Assembly: GCF_001194135.2 (NCBI RefSeq)
Contig: NC_068985.1
Coordinates: forward strand, 34,176,765 to 34,224,613
Origin: Octopus bimaculoides
Taxonomy: Eukaryota
DNA: 47,849 nt
Reading direction: 5' to 3'
The position numbers and the translations under genes are program-made. Shown here piece after piece: positions 1-11,905 of this stretch (its first letter is position 1; every line of letters starts with the position of its first letter). Below the pieces are notes generated by a model. The model saw nothing but the letters and a program-made list of their open reading frames with translations, was not told the DNA's origin and searched no databases.

Positions 1-345
1 GCCAGATATTTTGAGCATCTCTGCAGTGATTCCTGATGGGCCGGGGGCTTTCCCGGTCTTCATACTCTTAATTGCTTTATCTACCCTGGTACTATCAACT
101 CGGATAGCTGGTCCCTCTATTGGGTCGACATAAGGCAGGCTCTCTTTCTCCCATTCATTCTCTTTATTAAGCAATCTATCGTAGTGGCATCTCCAGACCT
201 CTTTCTTTGCATCCTCATTTAATGCAAGCGTACCATCATCCATGCGAACACATTTCTCTCCTACAACATCACTATTCTCTCTCCTACACTGTCTTGCAAC
301 CCGAAATACCTCGAGTCTTTGGTCCTCACGGCGCAGAACATTGAT
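1..345 (-). mobile_element. RTE-clade LINE ORF fragment (EN-RT linker), intronic, runs off the window edge
   Basis: Uninterrupted minus-strand frame ..KEVWRCHYDRLLN..VDKAIKSMKTGKAPGPSGITAEMLK.., the motif preceding RT in RTE elements. Confidence 0.85.
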
Positions 346-628
346 TTTGCAATATTTTGTTTTGTTCTGAGTTCAAATCCAGCTTGATTTAACTTCCACC
401 AGTTCCAATAAATATTGACCCATCATGCTCAAGGGTCAATTCAGTTGACCTGGTACCAATGTAAGAGATGAATATTTACATAACAATTCCGTTTCAAAAT
501 TTTAACAATGTAAAACATCATTATTATGTATATTTGATAGTAGTATGCATGTATGTAACTGTAAATTAAGTTTGAAAGAAACATTCATAAACTTGTAAAT
601 TTCTTTCATTGAAATTTATTTTCAACAG

Positions 629-723
629 AAGAAAGAGGTAATAGAAAAGTGGCTTTGCATCATATCAATATAAATAATCCAGATTCATTTGAACAAGATG
701 ACTTGGCAAAACTCATCAAACAG
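629..723 (+). CDS. NUCB2: Nucleobindin coding exon ([31 protein letters not shown])
   Basis: Acceptor ttcaacag at 621-628 and donor CAG|gtaaga; NPDSFE..DL..LIK motif. Confidence 0.88.
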
Positions 724-3700
724 GTAAGATATTTTATTCACGTATTTTACCATATGTCAGCTGTGCATTCACATTGTTTCTTATTGTAAGTTATCTTAAC
801 AAAAAAGTTCAAGTTGGAATTAACTGAAGCCTTGAAAATATTCAAATTCTTCATTTGCTTAAGAATAGTCAGGAGCATGTCATCTTTTACCGTAAAATTA
901 CTCCAAGAGGATTATTTTTCTGAAACTCCATGATGATTACCAAAAGTAAATAGAAAATAAATAAATAGAATGGGTAATATTTCTATAAGTCACAGCGATT
1001 TATGAGGGCAATGCTTATCTTTGGATTTAATTGACTAAAATGAACGAGAAACGAATCTTTCTTCATAAGATCTGTTAACTATTCTATATAGTCTAAATTA
1101 ATGAGAAGTAAATGTTCCTGCTAGCAAGACAATTGGATACTTTCGAAAGTTAAAAATCCTTGACCTATGGACACTGTTTTGATCCTTTATTCTCCTGACC
1201 ATTTCACATTTAGAAAGTACAACGAACTTGTGGAATCTGAGACAAATTTATAGAAAAGATTTTTGGTAACTTAATCATCAGACTCACTGATATTCTTGTT
1301 GCACTTTTCTGTCTCAAATTGGTGCTTATAATGTCTAATATCATTTACATTAAAATCTTAATTAATTGAAAAATCGATGAACTTAATTTAATATCGTGCA
1401 TATGTGAACTGTAGTCTAGCTACGACCTGTTTTAAATTGGCAGCTGAGCAGGTTTCAAGATCATCACCTTCTTTAATGCATAACTAATAATCTGCTAAGT
1501 AATTATTTGTATGACAATACCCTTTCTCAGAAATATCAAAATGTAACTGAAGTAAATAAGTAATAACAAAAATATAAAATGTTGAAGACAAGCACTTTAA
1601 TACTAAGAAATAATGATATACAACACTATCAGCTATAAATACTCATGTATGGTAAAATAATTATAGGTAAGAGTAGCTGTTAGAAAAGAAGCATAAATTT
1701 GATTAATATAGTGTATTTCAAGTCAACCTGAATTTTCAATAAATGAATAAAAATAATAAGAGTAGTTTGAGAATGATAATTGCTAAAATAATTTATTTTA
1801 AAGCCCATCTTAAACTTTTTACATTCATTTGTAAATCTGTGATAATAAATCATTTTCACTGTATCAATATATATTTTAACAGGCTACTCATGATTTGGAT
1901 GAATTGGATCGAGAGAGGAAAGAAGAGTTTAAACAATATGAGATGAAGAAGGAGCATGAAATAAAACAAAAATTAGCTAATATGAATGAAACTGAACGAA
2001 AAATTGAAGTTCAACATATAAAAGAAATGAAAGAAAAACATAAGCAACATCCCAAAATACATCATCCGGTTTGTGTGATAATATTACATGTCCCATAACT
2101 TTTCAGCATTACCTCATAGAGATAAAAGTTTTAAAAAATCAAACAAAAAACAGCTTTTGAAGCTCATTTCTCTGTTAAGCTCCTCCTTAACTACTTTTCA
2201 TTTCGAAGCTTTGAAACTTGCATTTTATTTTGTCTTAGATTATGGATGCATCTGTTGAATAATCCTTTAACGTTAACATGTTTGATAAAGCACACAAAGA
2301 TTAGTACTTTAATTTATGCAGTGTAGTAAAAGATGAAAAATTTGTCTGGTGAGGAGAAGCCAAAATTTATTCATGTAATGTTGCAAAATTATTGCCTGTG
2401 CTATTTACAGAGTAACACTTCAGCATCTATAAACTGATTATTTTTGTTTTGATATGATCTTTCTAAACTTTCTTTTCAATAATTATAAAATTTTAAATTT
2501 TACTAATTGCTTTCTCTGTTTTAAAGGGTAGCAAAGCCCAGCTGGAGGAAGTCTGGGAAGAAGTTGACCGTCTAAATGGTGAAAACTTTAATCCCAAGAC
2601 CTTTTTCAAGCTACATGGTTGGTATTTGTTTTCAGTAGTTTTTGTCATTTGGTAGTAGATATTATTGGGCCCCACCTTCAAAGATTAAGTTAATTATATG
2701 AACATAGGCAGTGGATTGGCTGAATTACTAGAGTGTAGGACAAAATGTTTCACAGTATTCTGGCTCTCTTTGAGATCTTGGGTGGTATTAATCATTTGTT
2801 TGGTTTAACAACACCACTTAGTCTTTGGGCACCTTTAGTGGAGTTCACTTTGTTACAAATATTCAGACCAGTTTACGGAAATTTCCCCCCTTCTTTGCAC
2901 CAATTCTAGAGGCCTCGTAAAAGTAGAATCATTGCTACTACCCTTTCTTACCTGACCAAATGATAAAAAAATAAACTTTGGCATTTATCTCAAGGTTTGA
3001 GAGGCAAATTGATCTTTATATAAAGAGACTTAACTCACATGAAAGCATTTATGTTAGGTGTAATATTTTTATTCACTCTGAATAAGGCTCGACAAATTTT
3101 TACACAGATGTTGTCTACTGAATTTCACTCACAATGCTTTAGTCACTGCTTTTGAATCTGGAACTGTGGTTGAGAAATAAATTTCTTTACTACATAGTCA
3201 TTCTAGCAAAAATTTACTAGCAGATTGTTTTCCATTTGTATCTTAAATCATGATAAATTTAATACTGAAAATGTTAAGCGAAGTCAGAATCTCTATAAAA
3301 ACAACTGAACAGGCGGAGACAAATTATTTCGCTTAAAGTCAGTGTAAAGTTTGGAATGGAATTTGAATTACATAATCCACACTTGTTGAAAGCATTGTAA
3401 TCATTTACTCTCCGATGGCTCTTTGGCACCAAGATGATGAGGGTAGTGCAGTCTTGATATATTTTGCTATTTGTACCCTTTACATCAACAACTGTAGAGC
3501 TGCATAAAGAAATGCAGTTGACATTAAGCTTTTTGTAAAGTTAACATTTGTAAAGTTTTCATACTAAGATTTTTGTTTTGCACTGTCTACAATGATAATT
3601 ATTGTATAATGATGATAGTGAGTAAACAAAATTCTGATCTGATTTAGTTCTTTTAGCTACGTTTTTAAATAAAGAAAATACAATATAAATTTTATAATTT

Positions 3701-6700
3701 TGCTCATACTTCACTTAGGAAGACCAACAATTACTTTGATATTTTTCTTTCATTTTAGATGTCAATGGTGATGGTGTCCTGGAGCCAAGTGAAGTTGAAG
3801 CTCTTTTTACAAGAGAGGTAATGTATTCATTATCATCGTCATCATTTAACGTCCGCTTTCCATGCTAGCATGGGTTGGACGATTTGACTGGGAATTGGCA
3901 AACCAGAAGGCTACACCAGCCTCCAATCTGATCTGGCAGAGTTTCTACAGCTGGATGCTCTTCCTAACACCAACCACTCCGAGAGTGTAGTGGGTGTTTT
4001 TTACGTGCCACCGGCACGAGGGCCAGTCCGGTGTAAAGTTAAAGGTACACTACCGATGATCATCTTGTCTTTTTAGTCAATTCATTACAGAATACAATAT
4101 CTAATATACTCTTTTCTTATAAAACAGTGGAGTGTTATTTGAGAGAGAGATAGATGACTGCCATTTTTACTACATTGAGGAGCCAGCCATGCAGAGACTT
4201 TCAATACTCCATCGTTTAAAGTCCTCTTTTTTATGTTGGCATGGGTTAGACCGTTCAACATGAACTGATGAACCAGAGGGCTGCTATGGCATAGCATCTA
4301 CAGCTGGATGTTCTTCCTGATGCCATTGACTTCACAGGGTGTACTGACTACTTTTTTCACAGCTCTGTCACTGGTGAGCTTACCAAATACTTGTGAAACA
4401 AGATCTCTTCTCTCAACTGAGTGGGGTATAGTATTAAGATATATGAAAGTATGATAGAAGTGAATATATAACTTCTCCTTCTAGAGAGTGGGAGAAAGAT
4501 GTAAGGTCAAAGTATTACTAATTTTACAATCAAAACAGCATAAATTTGCTGTGTAAATTCAATGTATAAACGGTATATCTTTATGTTCCTGACAAGTTCA
4601 GCTTTTCGATGGTTATGTAAGCTTACATCTTTTTTCTTATAGGCATCTGATTTTTTAATAATTATTATATTATAAACACTTTGTAACAAGATAATGGCAT
4701 TACATTCCAGCAAGTTTTTTTATGAGTCTTTTAGAATTAAGATATATAAAAGCTTTCAGATATATTTATTCTTCATTAATCCATATTACTGATAATTAAT
4801 TGTTTATTTCTATTTATAATGTTTTATTATGAAATTTGTATTCACTTTTGAAAGATATGTGTGTCCTGGTCACAAACAATACAGTACCATTGGTAAGATA
4901 TGAACCACCAACCTCTTGGTAGGTTGTCTGGCACACTATTAATTTGGTCAACTACACTGTCTAGTTTACTCTACAAAACCTGTAACATCTATTTTTACAA
5001 CTAAATATTAATGTAAAACAACTTGGAGCTTGCTATAACTGTATTAACTTCAAGTTCAACAGTTCACTATAAGATCATGGTTTTTGTCTTTCTTTGAATT
5101 ATTAAATGACATTTGATCCCGCTTCTTCTATCCACCTACCTTTTCAACGACAAAATCACTAGTATGAGTCTTTGGTTTCCTATTTTTCTTTATTTTGCCA
5201 AATTTCTGAGGTTTCATTGCAAAAAAAAAAAAAAAAAAAAGCAGGGTGAAGGAGAACTTTTTTCTTAAGTTAAACATTGTTACTTAAGATAACTTACTGA
5301 TCAGATTGTGACATGAGAATCATGTATTGTGCAACATTACCATTTTAAACAAGTTTCTATATACAGTTCTATGTCAGAATATCGATGGCTAAAGTGCTTA
5401 TCATCATCATCCTTCTCTGCCTCCTCATTTAATGTCTGTTTTCCATACATCTATTGAATTTTCTGTGGTTATGTTGCTTTATATTTGAACATATTTTCCT
5501 TTTTAGAATAATTCTTATTTGCTGCATCTCAGACTATTTTTTTGTATTGTTAGATTGAAAAGATGTATGATCCAAATAATCCTGAGGATGATATGAAAGA
5601 AGCCAAAGAAGAAATTAATCGGATGAGGGAACATGTCTTCAAAGAAGCTGATACTGATGATAACCACCTTTTGGATGAAGGAGAGTTTGAACGTCTTACT
5701 CAACGAGAAGAGTTTGGGAAAGATGAAGGATGGAAGGTATACATTTCAATTTTTATATCGATGTGTAAACTATATATCAATTAGGCAGTCATCATCATCT
5801 GCAGTATTATTTTCATGTTTGTCTTTTATAATTGTTGGCTGAATTTTCAGTAATGGAATGCTGGCATCCACTATGTTAATGAAATCTTGTGTTCTGGAAA
5901 ATGCCTTTTTTGTGACATTGAAGTCAATAGAAAATAGGTGTCACATTCAGGAATGCCATGATATGGCAAAATATGGTGATGTCTGTATTGCTATTTCTGT
6001 CCATTCTAATATTTGAACTAATGGATTAAACAAGGGAGGCTACTTATTAGAACTTTATTTCGTTTTTGGATTTGGTTTGCAAGATTTTTATGTGAGTTCG
6101 TGTGTCAATTGAAGATTAGGATAGATTCCTGTTGAAAGAGAGAGATTGGAAATTGAGACTGGAGTTTCAGTGCAATGAAAGAGATGACTTTGTAATCTAG
6201 CGACTTGGTGAGATTGTTGGAAATTTTACTTGTGGCAAATGAATTTAGTTGTAAAACTGAGGGTGGAAGCTTTTTTTCATTGTGAATGTTGCTAATAGTT
6301 ATCTTGTTTGATGTGTAATGGGTAAGAACATTTGACAAAGACCATTTTGGCAAGGTACCAGTAGGCTCTACTTCATTTTAGGTGGTGGGAAAGCTTGCAA
6401 GATGTAAACATTACAGTTCTGATTGGTTGACTAACTCCAGATGTTATTGACAATACTCTTTGCCAGTATTGCTGCAGCACTGTTATAGGTAAAGCACTTA
6501 GGATTTTGGGTTTATGAGCTTTGGTTGTGTAGTAGGAAGTAGCATGTCTTAGATGGTTTGGGCACCCACTTGGCCATTTTATTTATAATTATACAAGACC
6601 TAACTACTTTAAAAGGTCTTGAGAAAATGAATGATCATATGACATTATGACTCTAAAGGTCCAATCTTTTGTAAGAAAACTAGATTTGATGAAATTAGAG

Positions 6701-9205
6701 GTATTAGTATATTGGTTAGTAATTTCTTTTTTATTAATGCCCATTAGGTTCAAATTGAGCAAGACAAAGAAATGTTGATTAGGTTAGGGTGCAAATCTTA
6801 ATTCTAAGGTTATTTAATTTTGATTCTTCTTATTACCACATCCATCTCAACAACACTTGCGTGTCATGTACATATGACAGTATCTTTTACATAACTATGC
6901 TTATCAAATACTGCTTGTTACTGGAAATCTCTTATGATCAGTTCTGTAAGATTATCTATTCCACTTGCAATACTTGACAATTTATTCTTATTAATTACGC
7001 AAATTACCTAATTCATCATTAATGTTTATCAGCTCAAGTTTCATAACTGTTTTCTAACAACACAAGAACTTTTTTTTGTGAACTGTCTCAGTAGGAGATG
7101 CATTGTTTATTGATGAAAGAATATGAAGGGCTTTCAAAATGGTTTGTTGGACAAATTGGGATCTTAAAAGATTTAGAGAATGAATAGTATATTCCTTCAT
7201 TCATATATATTCAATGTTAGCAATCACTTTATAAGATCTTAGCAACACAAATCTGTAATTTAGTTTTAATCTTAGTTTAAATATTTCTCCTCATTCCATG
7301 ACTAACACCCTTTGAAAAAACAGCTTTCACTCTGATTTCTTTCATCAGCTCCCTTTAAGTCAAAGAGCATAGATGATATTGATTAGAAAATGATATTTGA
7401 TGTGTGAGGTAATGATAACAAAGGATAAATGTATTTGTAATCCCTAATTTTGAAAACCCCTTTTACTTTTGAAGGGCTTGGATGAAGATGATGAAATATA
7501 TTCAGAAGAAGAAATGCAACAATATGAGAAGATGTTACGTGAAGAAGAAGAGCGCCTTAAAAAGCAACAAATCTATGACAATTTGGCTCAACCGGGACAA
7601 GTGGTGATTAAAAGTTTTTTCAGTTTTAAGTTTATGATTAATTTAAGTATACGAAGGAAAATATCTGTAATAAAGTGTAAATGGAAAGTTTCTGGTAAGA
7701 AAACGCATTTCAGTGCTATACCAACACAATCGTTGTATTCTAGTGCATTCTGGAAAACAATCTTGTAGCTGCTACATAGATTACTTGTATCAGGTGAAGA
7801 TACATACAGCTCACTTTAAGCATGTAAAATACATAACTATTTGGATGTACCTCATAAGAAATTTACTGGGATGTAACATTAAGATGAAATGGTTTAGGTC
7901 AATGACATCTTATACAGTGCATATTAGTCCTAATTTATGTAAAGATCCTGGAATAATTTTGTTTTAAGCTGTCAACAAGCAACAAGATATTTAAAAAAGA
8001 AAAACAGTAATAACATGAGAACTCATAAGGATGTAGTTGATTTTAAGGATAGGAAGTTTGTTGAAAGAGATTTGGCTGTAAGCATTGAGAAGGTGTACTG
8101 AGAAGCTCTTTGTTGGTGCATCAGCTAGATTAAGTGATAGGTACTAACTTACTGAGTACTGTCCCATTACAAGAATCATACACTGTTCTTAAACATACCA
8201 GATGAGTTCTACTTATCTTAATCTTTTTAGTTGCTTGTTAAGTATTAAGCAAGGATTTTTAACTAAAGTGACCAAACAGTTTATGATTTGCTTTTTCAAA
8301 TTAGGCTCCAATAAAACTGTTGCAGCATTTAAAAGGTTGGAAAAAATAGTTGAAAATAATTCCTTTCTTTGAATGTATTGTAGTGATTTAGGCTAATTGA
8401 ACTTATAGGGGCTAACATTGAAAAATTATTATTAGTATTTCTAGTTTTTGTGGATGAAATAAATTTCTTTTAACGAATAAAGCTAGTCCCTCACAAGTAA
8501 CTTTCTTAGAAGTTACTTAGAACAAACCAGTATTTTTTCTTAAAAGTTACTTAGGACTGACTTAACCTAGGAAAAGGTTTAGTTGCTACCTATTCAACTA
8601 ACAGAGTAAACTTAGGTTTAATGTGTTTAATCAAAATCCCAGGGAAATACCTACAGTAGGCTATGAATTTATATGTAAGCCAATCAAGACTTCATCCTCT
8701 CAATTATTTCTCTTCTACCCTAATAAATATAGAATGTTCAAATTCATGAAATAATGTCAAAATACTCATAACCTCTTTGTTGCATTTCTCTCTGTATTAG
8801 GTACAGCCTGTTGATCCAAACGTTGTTCATATGCAGCAACCACATCAAGAACAACAACAGCAACATCAGGAGCAACAAAATCTGCAATATGCACATCAAG
8901 AAAAACTCAGACAACAGCAATTGACTGATGCTCAACATCAACAACAGTTTGCTCAACAGCAAGCTGCTTTACATCAACAGCAGCAACAGCAGCCTGTAGG
9001 TCATCAGCAGCAACAGCAGCCTGTAGGTCATCAGCAACAACAGCCTGTAGTTCATCAGCAACAACAGCCTGTAGTTCATCAGCAACAACAGCCTGTAGTG
9101 CAACAGCATCAGCAACAACAGCCTGTAGTGCAACAGCACCAGCAGCAGCCTGTAGTTCAGCAGCAGCAGCAGCAACACCAACCTGTTGTTCAGCAGCACC
9201 AATAA
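629..9205 (+). CDS. NUCB2: Nucleobindin (NUCB1/NUCB2 family), 5'-partial, 7 coding exons: 629-723, 1883-2068, 2527-2617, 3759-3817, 5554-5736, 7475-7600, 8801-9205
   Basis: All introns are GT..AG and phases are compatible (1,0,0,1,0,0,0). The spliced protein (..[111 protein letters not shown]..) matches the recalled human NUCB2 sequence motif by motif. The 5' exons lie upstream of the window. Confidence 0.95.
1883..2068 (+). CDS. NUCB2: Nucleobindin coding exon ([23 protein letters not shown])
   Basis: ttttaacag acceptor, CCG|gtttgt donor, 62 codons, overlaps ORF 1895-2098. Confidence 0.93.
2527..2617 (+). CDS. NUCB2: Nucleobindin coding exon ([30 protein letters not shown])
   Basis: ttaaag acceptor, G|gttggt donor; highly conserved GSK.QL.EVWEE and PKTFFKLH motifs. 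Confidence 0.93.
3759..3817 (+). CDS. NUCB2: Nucleobindin coding exon, EF-hand 1 ([20 protein letters not shown])
   Basis: cattttag acceptor, GAG|gtaatg donor; canonical 12-residue EF loop. Confidence 0.93.
3828..4032 (-). mobile_element. RTE-3'-end-derived short repeat with (GAT)n tail
   Basis: Reverse complement matches 11700-11866 and 28960-29129. Further decayed copies near 4160-4330, 9560-9625, 15877-16010, 20620-20790, 23945-24190, 26620-26830, 27905-28145. Confidence 0.8.
5554..5736 (+). CDS. NUCB2: Nucleobindin coding exon, acidic region and EF-hand 2 ([12 protein letters not shown])
   Basis: ttgttag acceptor, AAG|gtatac donor, 61 codons, overlaps ORF 5563-5784. Confidence 0.93.
7475..7600 (+). 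CDS. NUCB2: Nucleobindin coding exon ([26 protein letters not shown])
   Basis: cttttgaag acceptor; donor either CAA|gtggtg (7600) or GTG|gtgatt (7603), both in frame. Confidence 0.85.
8801..9205 (+). CDS. NUCB2: Nucleobindin last coding exon, 134-aa Gln/His/Pro/Val-rich repeat tail, TAA at 9203-9205
   Basis: Polypyrimidine tract plus tag acceptor at 8800, in frame with ORF 8831-9205; repeats QQQQQPVGH / QQQQPVVH / [10 protein letters not shown]. Confidence 0.85.
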   Translation, partial: VQPVDPNVVHMQQPHQEQQQQHQEQQNLQYAHQEKLRQQQLTDAQHQQQFAQQQAALHQQQQQQPVGHQQQQQPVGHQQQQPVVHQQQQPVVHQQQQPVVQQHQQQQPVVQQHQQQPVVQQQQQQHQPVVQQHQ

Positions 9206-9683
9206 AACTATGTTGGTTAACAACAATTAGTAAATCCTTTGTAAGTGTATGTGTCTGTTCATCAACTTAGTGATTATTGTTCATAATTCCTGTTAAAATT
9301 TTGTACTGTGTTAGGCAAGTTAAATTTTGAGAGAAATCAGTTTAGTTGCGTGAAATGTTTTACTTATGGGTATGACACAAGTATTCATGTGCAAATCCTA
9401 TTTGCCAGGCCTTGTTATTCAAATAGGTGGGTAAAATTTACAAATCTTCATAGGGTTTGCTTCTTACATGAATCAGTAGTAGCCTGCATATGAATAAATC
9501 TGTTGTACCCATTAAGAAGTATCACAGTAGCTGAGGGTAGTTTTTCTACCTGGCTGGCTCCTATCATCTGTCCTACCCATGCATGCATGGAAGATGGATG
9601 TTAAACAATGCTGACTATGATTTTATACATACATACATATATATATATATTCTATATTTTACCTGTGGTTCTTTTCCATAAAA

Positions 9684-9730
<47 letters not shown>

Positions 9731-10119
9731 CAACAGAGGCAGTATTAATTCAAAATAGCATTCTGTACATCTTACTTAACATAGATGTATGATAGAAAAC
9801 CACACAATTGCAGTATTTGTCACGAGACAGCATCTCATAGATGCAGAGTGCTAAAAAAGCACAGAAGCATATCAGTAGTTGACAAAAAGGGTCCAGTAGT
9901 GGAATTGCTGAATCTAGATTTCTGCTTCTTTGAGAATCAGCAGCAGCAAGTATACATTTAGCAACCACATGCTTAGAGAAATTTACCTTCTACTGATATA
10001 CAAATGTAGTGATTAAGAAGGCACTGGTGTTGCAAATAACTGGCATGCTCAGAAAACCCTTGTTATCAACGTCAGAAACAATATTAATTCAAAATGAACT
10101 AAACTAGACCCCCTTCGGT

Positions 10120-10436
10120 CTTGAATGACCACGGGATTGCACCTAGAAAGTTCCCCTCCAAGGCACAAGTCCAGTCAAGGTTGTTTATGGAAGACCAGCA
10201 GTTGCCCATGCATACCAGCCTTCCTTTTCCATGCTACCGATGTCATCCAAGAGAAAAGCAAAGGCTGACACAGCTTGACACCAGTGATGTTGCAACTCAT
10301 TTCTACAGCTGAGTGAACTGGAGCAACGTGAAATAAAGTTTCTTGCTCAAGAACACAACATACAGCCCGGTCTGGGAATCAAACTCACTACCTCATGATT
10401 GTGAGTCCAACTCTCTAACCACTAACCCATGTGCCG
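10120..10436 (-). mobile_element. tRNA-derived SINE
   Basis: Minus-strand head GGCACATGGGTTAGTGGTTAGAGAGTTGGACTCACAATCATGAGGTAGTGAGTTTGATTCCC with A/B-box-like motifs; similar head at 32602. Confidence 0.65.
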
Positions 10437-10724
10437 TCATTAATCCAAAATAGTGTTCTCTACTTTGCTTTTGTATTTGATTTGCAAGATTCTTGATGTG
10501 AATTTCTGTGTGGAAACAAATCTTGTGTCTAGAGAGGCACAATGACCCTCCATAGACACAACAAATGTTCTGTATATCCTATTTTTATGTAGATGTACTA
10601 TAGAAAGTCACACAACTGCAGTATTCATCACCAGGCAGCATCTTGCAAAGATGTACAGTGCTAAAAAGCATAGAAAAGAAAGTACACTTGGGTAAAGTTC
10701 ACATATTTGGGTATATAGGGATAT

Positions 10725-10833
10725 ATATATAGTTTTAGGGAAAAGAACTAAGGTTCATGAACTCATCGATGAAAATCCACTGTCACATCGATGAGTTCAT
10801 GAACCTTGGTTCTTTTTCCCTAAAACTATATAT
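10725..10833. repeat. Near-perfect ~47-bp inverted repeat with 14-nt loop (MITE-like hairpin)
   Basis: Arms 10725-10771 and 10786-10833 differ by one indel and one T/C substitution; flanked by (TA)n. Confidence 0.9.
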
Positions 10834-10937
10834 TTATATATATTTAATACTGTGAAACTTAATTTAATTTTAATTTTTATAAATTGATTTTAATTGAGTT
10901 TTTACCTGTAATTTTGGATTTTTATCCCTAATATTAT

Positions 10938-10973
<36 letters not shown>

Positions 10974-11029
10974 CTTGTCCTGTAGAAAAAGGCGTAGGTA
11001 GAAACTCCATAAGACGTACCCAGTGTAAG

Positions 11030-11866
11030 CTATGGACATATCAAAAGAAGGCTAATTGGGAAGATAGTTTTTGCGTGTGGCAAATGCTCAGGAGCAATAA
11101 ACACTGAAAATGTGCAGAAAATATCTTCTGTCACATTCCAGGGGAAAAAACTACAAGTGGTTGATAAGTTCCACACCCTAGCAGTAGAGGAAACCTGTGG
11201 AAGCGGTAGACCCTGGAAGACCTGGGATGAGGTGGTGAAGCATGACCTTTGAACATTGGGCCTCACTGAGGCAATGATAAGTGACCAAGACTTTTGGAAA
11301 TATGCTGTGCTTGAGAAAACCTGACAAGCCAAGTGAGACCATAACTGTGGCCTATGCCAGTGCTGCATAACAAGTCCATTTAAAAGTACCCTTCAATCAT
11401 TGGGCAATAAACTGCACTTGCAAAGACCTGTTGAGGCTAGTGAAGTTGTTGTCATGGTCGATGACAGTACTGCCTGATTGGCACCCATGCAAGTGGCACA
11501 TTAAAAGCATCATTTGAGTGTGATTGTTGCCAGTGCTGCCTGACTGGCTCCCATGCCGGTGGCACGTAATAAGTACCATTTAAGTGTGATTGTTGCCAGT
11601 ATTGCCTGACTGGTTCCTGTGCCGGTGGCACGTAAAAAGCACCATTTGAGTGTGGTTGATGCCAGTACCGCCTGACTGGTCCTCACACTGGTGGCATGTA
11701 AAAAGCACCTGCTACATTCTCGAAGTGGTTGGTGTTAGGAAGGACATCCAGCTGTAGAAACTTTGCCAGATTGGAGCCTGGTGCAGCCTTCTGGCTTGCC
11801 AGCCCTCAGTCAAACCATCCAACCCATGCCAGCATGGAAAGTGGACGTTAAATGACGATGATGATG
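11030..11866 (+). mobile_element. RTE LINE 3' remnant: internally deleted ORF C-terminus, 3'-UTR with ~4 x 66-bp repeats, (GAT)n tail
   Basis: Translation GRPWKTWDEVVKHDL*TLGLTEAMISDQDFWKYAV (RTE C-terminal motif, in-frame stop). 66-bp period read at 11511/11577/11643. Tail gacgatgatgatga. Confidence 0.8.

Positions 11867-11905
<39 letters not shown>

Noticed and set aside
8744-9226. Leu-rich minus-strand ORFs (8744-8962, 8969-9226)
   Set aside because: Antisense shadows of the CAG/CAA repeats of the nucleobindin exon.
11470-11710. CRISPR-like arrays (66-bp, 163-bp, 35-bp and 17-bp repeats)
   Set aside because: Contiguous tandem units without unique spacers, eukaryotic context, no cas genes.
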